Shown piece after piece: positions 38,495-47,042 of a DNA stretch of 64,000 nt. Each line of letters opens with the position of its first letter. The first letter of the stretch is position 1. The notes below the pieces were generated by a model. It was given only the letters and a program-made list of their open reading frames with translations, did no database searches and was not told the DNA's origin. This stretch comes from an uncultured Alphaproteobacteria bacterium. GTDB taxonomy: Bacteria; Pseudomonadota; Alphaproteobacteria; Rhodobacterales; Rhodobacteraceae. The translations under genes were made by a program, and so were the position numbers. The stretch spans positions 1,640 to 65,639 of the forward strand of contig CAVQRB010000012.1 in assembly GCA_963715055.1 (NCBI GenBank). The letters run 5' to 3'.

Positions 38495-39435
38495 GCCGCC
38501 CGCCACGCCGCCATCGCCGCTTCGGTCTGCGCGCGGTCGATGATGCCTGCGTCCGAGCCGAGGCCCGAAGCAACCAGAGAGGCAGCCGCCGTGCCAAGAT
38601 GCCCGCATTCAAGCAAGGATCGGTTGTCCGCCAATCCCGCGATGAAACCTGCCGTATAGGCATCGCCGCAACCGGTCGTATCCACGACTTCGATCGCATA
38701 GGCCGGTACATGAACCCGGTCGTCGCCATCGGCGATGATCGAGCCTTCGGCGCCCATGGTGAGCACGCAGCACTTCACGCCACGGCTCTGGAAAAAGTGT
38801 ATGTTTGCCTCCACACCGGCGACCCCGGAAAGGATCTCCGCCTCTTCGATGGACGGAACGAAATAGTCGATATGGGGCAGCAGAGGCTCCACGAATTCCC
38901 ACGTGTCAGGCCCGGCACCGACCAGATCCCAGGTCGTGACGCAGCCCGCTTGCTGCGCGGCCTGCAGCAAGCGCCGTGAAGGCTCGCCGTCCATTTTCGC
39001 AAGCAGACCGGTTCCCCCCAGATGCAGGAAACGGCAATCCAGCACATCAGGCAGAATGTCGGGCGCGACATCGAAATGATCCGAAGCGCCCCTGCAATGC
39101 AACGCCGGGCGTTCGCCGTTCGCCCTGACATTGAGAATGGTGGCGGAGGTTTCCACCCCTTCGATCTGTCGCATCAACCGGCAGTCGATCCCGACCTTCT
39201 GCATGTGATTGAGCACGAAATCGGCTTTCTCATCATCCCCCACCGCGCCAACGGCCTGACAGTTCAGGCCGAGCTTGGCCAGATCCACGACCGTGCCGCC
39301 TGCCGTACCGGCAACGGTCAGGCGGATCTCATCGATGAACTCCACATTGCCGCCGGGGGGAATGCGCTCGACCGGTCGGCCCAGAACATCGAGGATATAG
39401 AGGCCCACCACGCTGACATCGAATTTTCGACTCAC
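38491..39435 (-). CDS. PfkB-family carbohydrate kinase
   Basis: VVGLYILDVLG, TAGG, DTTGCGDAYTAGF motifs. GTG start (GGAG SD) overlaps upstream stop (GTGA); ORF to 39672 trimmed. Confidence 0.85.
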   Translation of the reverse strand: MSRKFDVSVVGLYILDVLGRPVERIPPGGNVEFIDEIRLTVAGTAGGTVVDLAKLGLNCQAVGAVGDDEKADFVLNHMQKVGIDCRLMRQIEGVETSATILNVRANGERPALHCRGASDHFDVAPDILPDVLDCRFLHLGGTGLLAKMDGEPSRRLLQAAQQAGCVTTWDLVGAGPDTWEFVEPLLPHIDYFVPSIEEAEILSGVAGVEANIHFFQSRGVKCCVLTMGAEGSIIADGDDRVHVPAYAIEVVDTTGCGDAYTAGFIAGLADNRSLLECGHLGTAAASLVASGLGSDAGIIDRAQTEAAMAAWRAA

Positions 39436-39719
39436 CTCAGGGTCTCCAGATATCCGACATACAAGAATGCCGTCCCGATCCCGAGGGCCGCCGCCGCGGC
39501 CAGCACGATCAACACGATCAACGCCACGTTCAAGAGCTTTCGGGCCGGAACGCCTTCCCGGCAAAAGGGCACGAGATTGAACACCAGCGCGCCGATCACC
39601 ACCGTGACGCAGCCAATCGAAAAGAGCGTGAGCGAAAACGGCTGGAAGATCGCCAGTATGGACAGGACGCATAGCCCGATGATGAGACGTTCGACCAGCT
39701 TTGCCTGAGATGCTGTCAT
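39432..39719 (-). CDS. Small integral membrane protein (95 aa, about 3 TM)
   Basis: ATGA overlap with ATPase stop at 39716-39719 and GTGA coupling to the kinase; hydrophobic segments IIGLCVLSILAIF, IGCVTVVIGALVFNLV, ALIVLIVLAAAAALGIG. Confidence 0.5.
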   Translation of the reverse strand: MTASQAKLVERLIIGLCVLSILAIFQPFSLTLFSIGCVTVVIGALVFNLVPFCREGVPARKLLNVALIVLIVLAAAAALGIGTAFLYVGYLETLR

Positions 39720-40810
39720 TGGGTCCTCAACACTTGTTGGTCTTCGGTAAACACATGGGTAACGCCGGGCGGGAAGCGCGTATGCACGCGATCTCCTTCC
39801 GCATGCGGCACCCGCCAATCGGTCACCAGCCGCAATTCCTGATGACCATCCTTGAGATGGATCAGCGTTTCCGCGCCCATGGGCTCCACCATGTCGATCA
39901 CCGTCGAGAGCCCATCGTCGGCGGACTCCCTGCTGATCTCCAGATTGCGAGGGCGCACCCCCAGCGTGACTTGCGTGCCGGGTGCCAATTCCTGGATCCG
40001 GCCGTCAACCATGATGGTCATGCTTTGCCCGCCTTTTACGGAAAAGCTGGCCTTGCCGTCACCATGCGTCGCCGTCAGCGTCGCGGGCAGCAGGTTCATC
40101 TGAGGGGTGCCGATAAAACCTGCCACGAAGAGATTGCTGGGCTTTTGAAACACATTATGCGGCGTATCGACCTGCTCCACCCGCCCGTCGCGCATGACGG
40201 CAATGCGGTCCGCCATCGTGAGCGCCTCGAGCTGGTCATGGGTCACGATCACGGTGGGGCGGCTGAGTTCCTGAAGGACCTCCTTGATCTCTCCACGCAT
40301 TTCCTCGCGCAGTTGCACATCCAGACGGGACAGCGGCTCATCGAAGAGAAAACAGGTGGGGTCGCGAATGATCGACCGCCCGACGGCGACCCGCTGCTTT
40401 TCGCCTTCGGCCAGTTGCCCCGGAGTCCGCTTGAGGATTTTCCCCAACTGCAAGGTGTCCGACACCCGTTTGACCCGCTGGCCGATCTCGGCGCCCGACA
40501 GCCCTTCCGCATAGAGCGGAAAGGCAAGGTTCTCCGCGACCGTAAGACTTGGATAAAGCGCGTAGAACTGGAACGACATGGCCACATTGCGCTCGCGAGG
40601 CGGCAGGTCGTTGACCCGCTTGCCCTGCAGCACGACATCGCCCTCGGTGGCATATTCCAACCCGGCGATCATTCGCAGCGTGGTTGTCTTGCCGCAGCCC
40701 GATGGCCCCAGAAGGCACAGGACTTCGCCATCCCCAACGTCGAAGTTGATCGTGTCAACCGCGGTCAGGTCACCGAAGCGCTTGGTCAGGTTCTTGAGTT
40801 CTATCGTCAT
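39716..40810 (-). CDS. Sugar ABC transporter ATP-binding protein (MalK/UgpC-like), copy 1
   Basis: GPSGCGKTT, LAEGEKQRV (degenerate signature), FLFDEPLS; start MTIELKNL with ATGA overlap. Confidence 0.9.
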   Translation of the reverse strand: MTIELKNLTKRFGDLTAVDTINFDVGDGEVLCLLGPSGCGKTTTLRMIAGLEYATEGDVVLQGKRVNDLPPRERNVAMSFQFYALYPSLTVAENLAFPLYAEGLSGAEIGQRVKRVSDTLQLGKILKRTPGQLAEGEKQRVAVGRSIIRDPTCFLFDEPLSRLDVQLREEMRGEIKEVLQELSRPTVIVTHDQLEALTMADRIAVMRDGRVEQVDTPHNVFQKPSNLFVAGFIGTPQMNLLPATLTATHGDGKASFSVKGGQSMTIMVDGRIQELAPGTQVTLGVRPRNLEISRESADDGLSTVIDMVEPMGAETLIHLKDGHQELRLVTDWRVPHAEGDRVHTRFPPGVTHVFTEDQQVLRTQ

Positions 40811-41676
40811 TTCTTCACCGTACCAAAGGTCACGCCGCGCAGTAGCTGGTTCTGCAGAAGGAACGTCACAAAGAAGATCGGCAGCAGGAAGAGCGTCACG
40901 ATGGCCGCCAGCAGACCGTAATCCACACCGACTTCGCCGCCCAGGGTTCGCGCCATGGCGACCGGAACCGTGCGGGTTTCGACGCCGGTCAGCAACAGCG
41001 CGAAGAGGAACTCGTTCCACGTCAGGATCAGGCCGAAGACGAAGGTGGCCGCCAAGCCAGCCAGAATCTGCGGGATGCAGAACTTGAAGAAAACCCGGCT
41101 TTCACTGGCCCCGTCCATGCGGGCGGCATCTTCGATTTCGGGGTTCAATTCGTCGAAGAAGCTCTTCACCAACCAGACCGAGAAGGGGATGTTGAAAGCG
41201 GTATAGAGCAGGATGATACCCCAGTAGCTGCCCGCGAGGCCGGTCAGCCGGAACATCAGGAAGATCGGAATGATCACCACGATCGGCGGCATCATGCGGG
41301 TGGTCAGAATGATGAAAAGATAGGTGTCGTTGCCGCGCAGCGGATAGCGGCTGAAGGCATAGGCCGCCAGCGTTCCGACGATCAGAGCCAGACCCACCGA
41401 GGTGCCCGCAATGAAGATCGAGTTGAAGAAATAGAGCGCCATGTCGGTGGACTGGCTGGTGCCGGTGGTGATCGAGGATCGGTAGAACACCGAAGTGAAG
41501 TTCTCCAGTGTCGGGGTGAAGAAGAGCTTTGGCGGAACCGCCAGGGCATCGGTTCTTGTCTTGAACGCGGTCAGGATGATCCAGAGCACGGGAGAGAAAT
41601 AGATCAGCCCCACGAGGCCGGTGATCAAGGTGTATCCCCAGCCTGCCTTGCCGATTTCACGATATGTGCGGGCCAT
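40807..41676 (-). CDS. Carbohydrate ABC transporter permease
   Basis: Start at MARTYREIG (TGATG overlap); EDAARMDGAS EAA loop; ORF extension to 42630 is spurious. Confidence 0.9.
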   Translation of the reverse strand: MARTYREIGKAGWGYTLITGLVGLIYFSPVLWIILTAFKTRTDALAVPPKLFFTPTLENFTSVFYRSSITTGTSQSTDMALYFFNSIFIAGTSVGLALIVGTLAAYAFSRYPLRGNDTYLFIILTTRMMPPIVVIIPIFLMFRLTGLAGSYWGIILLYTAFNIPFSVWLVKSFFDELNPEIEDAARMDGASESRVFFKFCIPQILAGLAATFVFGLILTWNEFLFALLLTGVETRTVPVAMARTLGGEVGVDYGLLAAIVTLFLLPIFFVTFLLQNQLLRGVTFGTVKK

Positions 41677-42593
41677 CAGTCGACCTCCTGTGCGCGGCGG
41701 TTCACCGAATAGAGATAGAGGTTGGTCAGAACGACCACGATGAAGAGGACAATGTAGGCAAGGGCCGAAGACTGGCTTGTCCGGAAGAACTGGAACGCGG
41801 TCCGGTAGAGGTAGACGGCAATGGTCTCGGTCGAACTGCCGGGGCCCCCTTCGGTGATGATGTAGACGATGTCGAAGAGCTTGAAGGTTTCGATGGTGCG
41901 AAACAGAACCGCGAGCAGCAGCAGGCTCTTGATGTAGGGAAAAGTGATCGTCCAGAACGTCCGCCAACTGCTGGCGCGGTCGATTTCGGCCGCCTCGTAG
42001 AGGTACTTCGGCACGCTGACGAGGCCGGCCAGCACCAGGAGCATCACAAAGGGCGACCACATCCAGGCATCGGCGATAACGATCCCGATGATCGCGCCGG
42101 TGGCCGACCCCAGAAGCACGAACCTGTCGTCGGAGAAATGATTGAGAAGGTAGCTGACGACACCGAAGGTCGGCTCGTAAAAGAGCTTGAAGAAGACACC
42201 GACGGATACGAAGGAAAGCATCATCGGCGTCAGCACCAGCATCAGGACGATCCGGCGCATCGGAAACGCCTTGGCGAACATCAGGGCCAAAAGAAACCCG
42301 ACGATAAGTTGCAGGATCACGGAAGACCCGACGATGATCGCGGTGGTCTGAAACCTTTCCCAGACCTTGTCGTCCGTCAGCACGTCCTGGTAGTTCTCCA
42401 GACCTTGGAATGAAGGCACTCTGAGCGAGTTGGCCTTGAAGTTGAAGAAACTCAGCCCGAAGGACCAGAGCAAGGGAAAGATGTTCATGACGAAGAGGAT
42501 CGTGATCGCCGGGGTGACCAGGAGTGCACCACGACGTTTCGGATCCAGGAGCCATGCGCCAAATCCACCGGTTCTGCTTGCAGCTTCTGCCAT
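41676..42593 (-). CDS. Carbohydrate ABC transporter permease
   Basis: LYEAAEIDRASSWRTFWTITFP EAA loop, six TM. Confidence 0.9.
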   Translation of the reverse strand: MAEAASRTGGFGAWLLDPKRRGALLVTPAITILFVMNIFPLLWSFGLSFFNFKANSLRVPSFQGLENYQDVLTDDKVWERFQTTAIIVGSSVILQLIVGFLLALMFAKAFPMRRIVLMLVLTPMMLSFVSVGVFFKLFYEPTFGVVSYLLNHFSDDRFVLLGSATGAIIGIVIADAWMWSPFVMLLVLAGLVSVPKYLYEAAEIDRASSWRTFWTITFPYIKSLLLLAVLFRTIETFKLFDIVYIITEGGPGSSTETIAVYLYRTAFQFFRTSQSSALAYIVLFIVVVLTNLYLYSVNRRAQEVD

Positions 42594-42624
42594 CTGATAC
42601 CTGCCCCGTGCATTGTAGAATTTT

Positions 42625-42665
42625 TACCAAAGAAACGGGAGCCCGGGCACGAACCCGGGCTCCTT
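42625..42665 (-). terminator. Intra-operon stem-loop after SBP gene (attenuator or partial terminator)
   Basis: On minus strand GGAGCCCGGG-TTCGTG-CCCGGGCTCC (42638-42663) followed by GTTTCTTTGG. Confidence 0.45.
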
Positions 42666-42675
42666 TGTTGTCAGG

Positions 42676-44136
42676 TCACTGGATGTAGCCGCCGTCTTCA
42701 AGCAGCTCCTGCTGGAATTCTGCCACGGAATCGAGTGCTTCCTTTGCGCCGATCTGGCCGGTGATGGCCTTGTCGAACTCTTCCTGTTGCTGGGTCAGCA
42801 TTTCGAAGAACTCCGGAATGTGCCAGACGTCCTTCTGCCAGTCGATCATTTCGACATGCGCGCGGTTCCACGGGCGCAGATCGTTGTAGGTCGGATCAGC
42901 CATGACGCTCATGCGCCCTGACTGGCCGCCGTTCCTGACCGCCTCAAGCTGGGTCTCCGGGCTCAGCCACCACTTCACCACGTTCAGCGCTTCATTGACC
43001 ACTTCGTCGCTGTTCCAGGTCGTCAGGACAAACGGCTGACCGCCAATGTTGCCTGTCCGGTCGATGGTGCCGTCTGCCTTGCGGGTGCCCGGCGCGGGTC
43101 CGAAGGCAGCCTTGTCATGAACCTTGGAGGCGCTGGGATCGAGCACGGGTTCGCCGAGGCCAACCCAGTCGATGATCGCACCGACCTTGCCCTGCATGAA
43201 AAGGTCCTGGATCACGAAGATGTCCATCTGACCGGTCTGCGCGACCGGCGGCATGTATTTCAGGTAAGACAGGTACTCGTCGAAAGCGGCAACCGCCACA
43301 TCCGAGTTCACGACACCTTCGGCTTGCGCTTCAGGGGCCTTGGATTCATCCCAGATGTCCCCGCCCTGCTGCCAGATGAAGGCGTTGATCTGCATCGTGG
43401 AGAAGTCGTAGCCTTTGCCCGCCTGAAAGGCGATGCCATAGAAGTCATCGTCCAGCGTTTCTCCCGCAAGCATCTCTCCTTTGCTGCGCTGGAAGAATTC
43501 GCCGATCTGGCCCCACTTGGTCCAGTCGGTATCCTGCCAGTCCTCGTAGCTGCAAGGCAGGTTGGTTCCGTATTTCGCCTGGAAGTCCGCCATTTCGCCT
43601 TCGTTGCAGAAGATGTCTTCGCGGTAGTAGGTCACATAGGTATCCGGGAACTGCGGGAATCCGTAGTAGTTCACACCCGGTGCCGGTACTTCGCCCGCCT
43701 CCTCCAGCTGTGCCCGCGTCCGGTGCGGATAGGTCGAATAGGCCGATACCAGCGCGGGATGAAGATCCTGCATGATCGCCTTCAACTCGGGGTCTTCGTT
43801 GATCTTGTCGGTGAGGTTCAGGTAATACCCGCCCTCGACGAAGGCTCCGAGCCACTGGCTGTCGGTTACGATCATCTGGTACTTCTGCTCACCCGAGGTC
43901 AATGAGGCCGCCACGCGCTCATAGAAGCTCGGCCAAGGGATGAAGTCCATTTCCAGAACCGTGTTGCCGCCATTGGGCGATTTGTAGGTCTGGTCGAAGT
44001 ACTCCTTCATGAACCTTGTCGGCGGCCAGTCGGGTGCCGCCATGGTGATCGTGATGTCTTGAGCGATCGCGGGTGCTCCGCTCAGGCCTGCGGCAAGGGT
44101 CGTCGCCCCCAACAGGCCGGAAATTAAAGTACGCAT
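42676..44136 (-). CDS. Extracellular solute-binding protein (sugar ABC transporter)
   Basis: Signal peptide ...SGAPAIA, 486 aa, family-1 SBP-like composition; located directly upstream (minus strand) of the two permease genes. Confidence 0.9.
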   Translation of the reverse strand: MRTLISGLLGATTLAAGLSGAPAIAQDITITMAAPDWPPTRFMKEYFDQTYKSPNGGNTVLEMDFIPWPSFYERVAASLTSGEQKYQMIVTDSQWLGAFVEGGYYLNLTDKINEDPELKAIMQDLHPALVSAYSTYPHRTRAQLEEAGEVPAPGVNYYGFPQFPDTYVTYYREDIFCNEGEMADFQAKYGTNLPCSYEDWQDTDWTKWGQIGEFFQRSKGEMLAGETLDDDFYGIAFQAGKGYDFSTMQINAFIWQQGGDIWDESKAPEAQAEGVVNSDVAVAAFDEYLSYLKYMPPVAQTGQMDIFVIQDLFMQGKVGAIIDWVGLGEPVLDPSASKVHDKAAFGPAPGTRKADGTIDRTGNIGGQPFVLTTWNSDEVVNEALNVVKWWLSPETQLEAVRNGGQSGRMSVMADPTYNDLRPWNRAHVEMIDWQKDVWHIPEFFEMLTQQQEEFDKAITGQIGAKEALDSVAEFQQELLEDGGYIQ

Positions 44137-44187
44137 GTCTTTCCTCCACTTGTTGCTAGTTGATATTATTTTGTTTTATCTGCTCAC

Positions 44188-45285
44188 CTAGGGTTCGGCC
44201 TCCACCGCGATGCCCAACCGTCGGCCGCTGGCGCGGTCAAAGAAGTGCAAGTCCCGGGGGTTGAAAGCCACGTCGATTTCGTCGCCAACCGAATACCGCG
44301 CGGCGACCTCTTCACGCAGAACCATTTTCAGCTCCACGCCTTGTGCGGCAACGTCGAAGACCGTAACGTCGCCAAGCGGTTCCGTCAGATGTATCTTGGC
44401 GGCGAAGCGCGTCTCGCCTGCGCCGCCGCCATCCGCCAGAACGATATCGTTCGGACGCAGGCCAACCGCCAGATCATGCCCTGTCGGCACGCCCGAAGCT
44501 GCAACCGGGGTCGGCAGGAACGGCAGGGACAGCGATCCATCGGCCCGCGCCGTCGCCGACAGGATATTGATCGGCGGAGAGCCGACCATGCGCGCCACAT
44601 AGAGGCTGTCGGGCACGCCGTAGAGATCGCGCGGCGTGCCGATGGCAACCACGCGCCCCTCCTCGATCACGCCAACCCTTTGCCCCATCGTGAGCGCCTC
44701 AAGTTGGTCCGGCGTCGCGTAAAGCATGGTCATGCCAAGTTCGCGGTGCAGACGCTTGAATTCCGCGCGCATTTCGTGACGCAGTTTTGCATCAAGGTTG
44801 GTCAACGGCTCATCCAGCAGCAACAGTTTCGGGCGCCGCACGATCGCGCGGCCAATGGCCACCCGTTGCTGCTCGCCGCCCGAAAGCGTTGTCGGTTTGC
44901 GCTTGAGCGTATGCGTGATGCGCAACAGTTCGGAGACTTCGCCGACCCGCTTCCTGATCTCACTCTCCGCGATGCCGTCGCGGCGCAGCGGATGCGCAAC
45001 GTTTTCTGCCACAGACATATGGGGGTAAAGAGCAAAGGTCTGAAATATCATGGAGATACCCCGGTTCTGCACCGGCGCATCTGCCAGATTGCGGCCATCG
45101 AACCACACCTCGCCCCGCTTGAGGTCTTCCAACCCGGAAATCGCGCGCAGGGTCGTTGTCTTGCCGGAGGACGAGGGCCCGAGAAGGCAGAAGAATTCTC
45201 CATCTGCCACGTCAAAGCTCATGTCTTCGAGCGCGACGACACTGCCGAACTCGCGCCGCAGGTTTTTCACTCGTAATTCAGACAC
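44188..45285 (-). CDS. Sugar ABC transporter ATP-binding protein (MalK/UgpC-like), copy 2
   Basis: GPSSSGKTT, LSGGEQQRV, LLLDEPLTNLD. Confidence 0.9.
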   Translation of the reverse strand: MSELRVKNLRREFGSVVALEDMSFDVADGEFFCLLGPSSSGKTTTLRAISGLEDLKRGEVWFDGRNLADAPVQNRGISMIFQTFALYPHMSVAENVAHPLRRDGIAESEIRKRVGEVSELLRITHTLKRKPTTLSGGEQQRVAIGRAIVRRPKLLLLDEPLTNLDAKLRHEMRAEFKRLHRELGMTMLYATPDQLEALTMGQRVGVIEEGRVVAIGTPRDLYGVPDSLYVARMVGSPPINILSATARADGSLSLPFLPTPVAASGVPTGHDLAVGLRPNDIVLADGGGAGETRFAAKIHLTEPLGDVTVFDVAAQGVELKMVLREEVAARYSVGDEIDVAFNPRDLHFFDRASGRRLGIAVEAEP

Positions 45286-45432
45286 GTGGTGGCACCCTTT
45301 CCTGATCCGCCTTGCAGTGATTGCGCGCGATCTGTGTTGCGATGCTCATCAGCCTCGCCAAGACGACTGCGTCGCAGGCCCGATGCCCGGTCGTTGTTGT
45401 CACCACATATCCCCTTCGCATCTGCCCTTGCC

Positions 45433-46455
45433 TCACGGCAGATTATCCCTGACAAAAATCTCTATTCTGATCCGTTCCTGGCTTTCATTGATCGCTGCGT
45501 TTTCCGCGAGGGCCTTGAGAACGCGAATTGCGCTGCGCACCTCATGGCTCGGGTCCTGTACCAGCACCGCATCGATAACGCCCGACATCAATGCATTGCG
45601 CGTGTGGTCCGAAAGCTCCGTCGTGACCACACGGATATCGGGTTGCACGACTTTCATCGCTTCGATCACACCACGGGTACCGCCACCCAAACTGTAGAGC
45701 CCAACGATGTTGCGGTTCTGGGCCAGCAGCTTTGACAGCTTTTCATCCACAACCCCTGCCAGTTCCTCCCCCTCGATCCAGGGCAGAACATTCAAATGAG
45801 GGCACTCCGCCCGCATCACTTGCTCGAACCCCATGCGCCTTTCCACATGGTCACGCAGAATGCCCGACCCGGCAACAACCGCAACATCACCCTTTGGCGC
45901 CGACACGAAGCGCTTCAGCAGGCTTGCCGCAACCCGACCGGCGGCAACATTGTCGATGCCGATAAACCTCTCACGGGCCGAGTTCGGCACGTCGGAAATG
46001 AAGGTCACCACATGAACGCCGCGACTGCGCAGCCGGTTGATAACATCCCTCACTGCCTGGCTTTCGATGGCAACGATTGCCACACCATCGCCGATCTCGT
46101 CGCCCATTTCGTCGATGGCCGCCACGATGGCATCCGGGTTCAGCGGTGGCACCGCGATCATCCTGATGTCGATTCGCTTCTTGGGCGCCTCCAGCCGGGC
46201 TGCTTCTATCTCTTGACGTACATCGCTGAAAAACGCCGTCTCTCCCGCCGGTACAATGAACGTGAACCGATAGTTTTTTCGACGCGCCAGATCGGCCGCC
46301 GCCTGATCTCTTACGAAACTCAACTCCTTCATCGCGGAGTGCACCTTGTCTATGGTGCCCTGGCTCACGCCCTTGCGCTGATTGAGAACCCGGTCAACGG
46401 TTGCCAAGCTGACACCAGCAGCTTTTGCAACGTCTTGCGCTGTGACCCGGTTCAT
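45433..46455 (-). CDS. LacI-family transcriptional regulator
   Basis: N-terminal HTH VTAQDVAKAAGVSLATVDRVLN, periplasmic-binding-like C-domain. Confidence 0.9.
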   Translation of the reverse strand: MNRVTAQDVAKAAGVSLATVDRVLNQRKGVSQGTIDKVHSAMKELSFVRDQAAADLARRKNYRFTFIVPAGETAFFSDVRQEIEAARLEAPKKRIDIRMIAVPPLNPDAIVAAIDEMGDEIGDGVAIVAIESQAVRDVINRLRSRGVHVVTFISDVPNSARERFIGIDNVAAGRVAASLLKRFVSAPKGDVAVVAGSGILRDHVERRMGFEQVMRAECPHLNVLPWIEGEELAGVVDEKLSKLLAQNRNIVGLYSLGGGTRGVIEAMKVVQPDIRVVTTELSDHTRNALMSGVIDAVLVQDPSHEVRSAIRVLKALAENAAINESQERIRIEIFVRDNLP

Positions 46456-46549
46456 TTTTCCTCCCTTTGCGATAAAGGTTGATGTAGTAAATGATGTGCG
46501 TCAACCAAAAAGGTAGCGAATATACCTCAAGAATGAAAGATGCCGACCT

Positions 46550-46984
46550 ATGCTCATTGGAATTGACCCCGCCCTGACACCGGACCTGCTGCGCCATCTG
46601 CGCGCCATGGGTCATGGAGACCAACTGGTGATTGCAGACGCCAATTTTCCGGCCGAGAGTTGTGCAAATCGCATCGAGCGGCTCGCCGGTGTCTCAGCCA
46701 CCGAAGCGTTGCGTGCGATTCTCTCCATCATGCCACTGGATACCTTCGTCGAGGCCCCTGCCCGCACCATGCAGGTCGTCGGCGATCCGAGCGGGCGACC
46801 GGATATCGTTGTGGAATTCCAGAACATCATTAATGAGGTTGCCGACAATCCCTGCACGGTGCAGGGGATCGAGCGTCACGACTTTTACCGCGTGGCTGAA
46901 AAGACCTACTGCGTGGTGCAGACGTCCGAAACACGGCTCTACGGCAACATCATCCTGTCAAAGGGCATCGTGCCCCCGTCTTGA
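46550..46984 (+). CDS. RbsD/FucU-family sugar mutarotase
   Basis: GHGDQLVIADANFP motif and YGNIILSKG C-terminus. Confidence 0.85.
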   Translation: MLIGIDPALTPDLLRHLRAMGHGDQLVIADANFPAESCANRIERLAGVSATEALRAILSIMPLDTFVEAPARTMQVVGDPSGRPDIVVEFQNIINEVADNPCTVQGIERHDFYRVAEKTYCVVQTSETRLYGNIILSKGIVPPS

Positions 46985-47042
46985 GCGCGTTTCAGAAAAC
47001 TCTCGTCGCATCTCAGATCTGCAAGAGAGGCGCGGAGGGCTT

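Noticed and set aside
45316-45335. Near-palindrome AGTGATTGCGCGCGATCTGT between lacI and the first transporter gene, considered as a LacI operator
   Set aside because: The symmetry is imperfect and I cannot compare it with a family consensus. It is mentioned only as a place to look.
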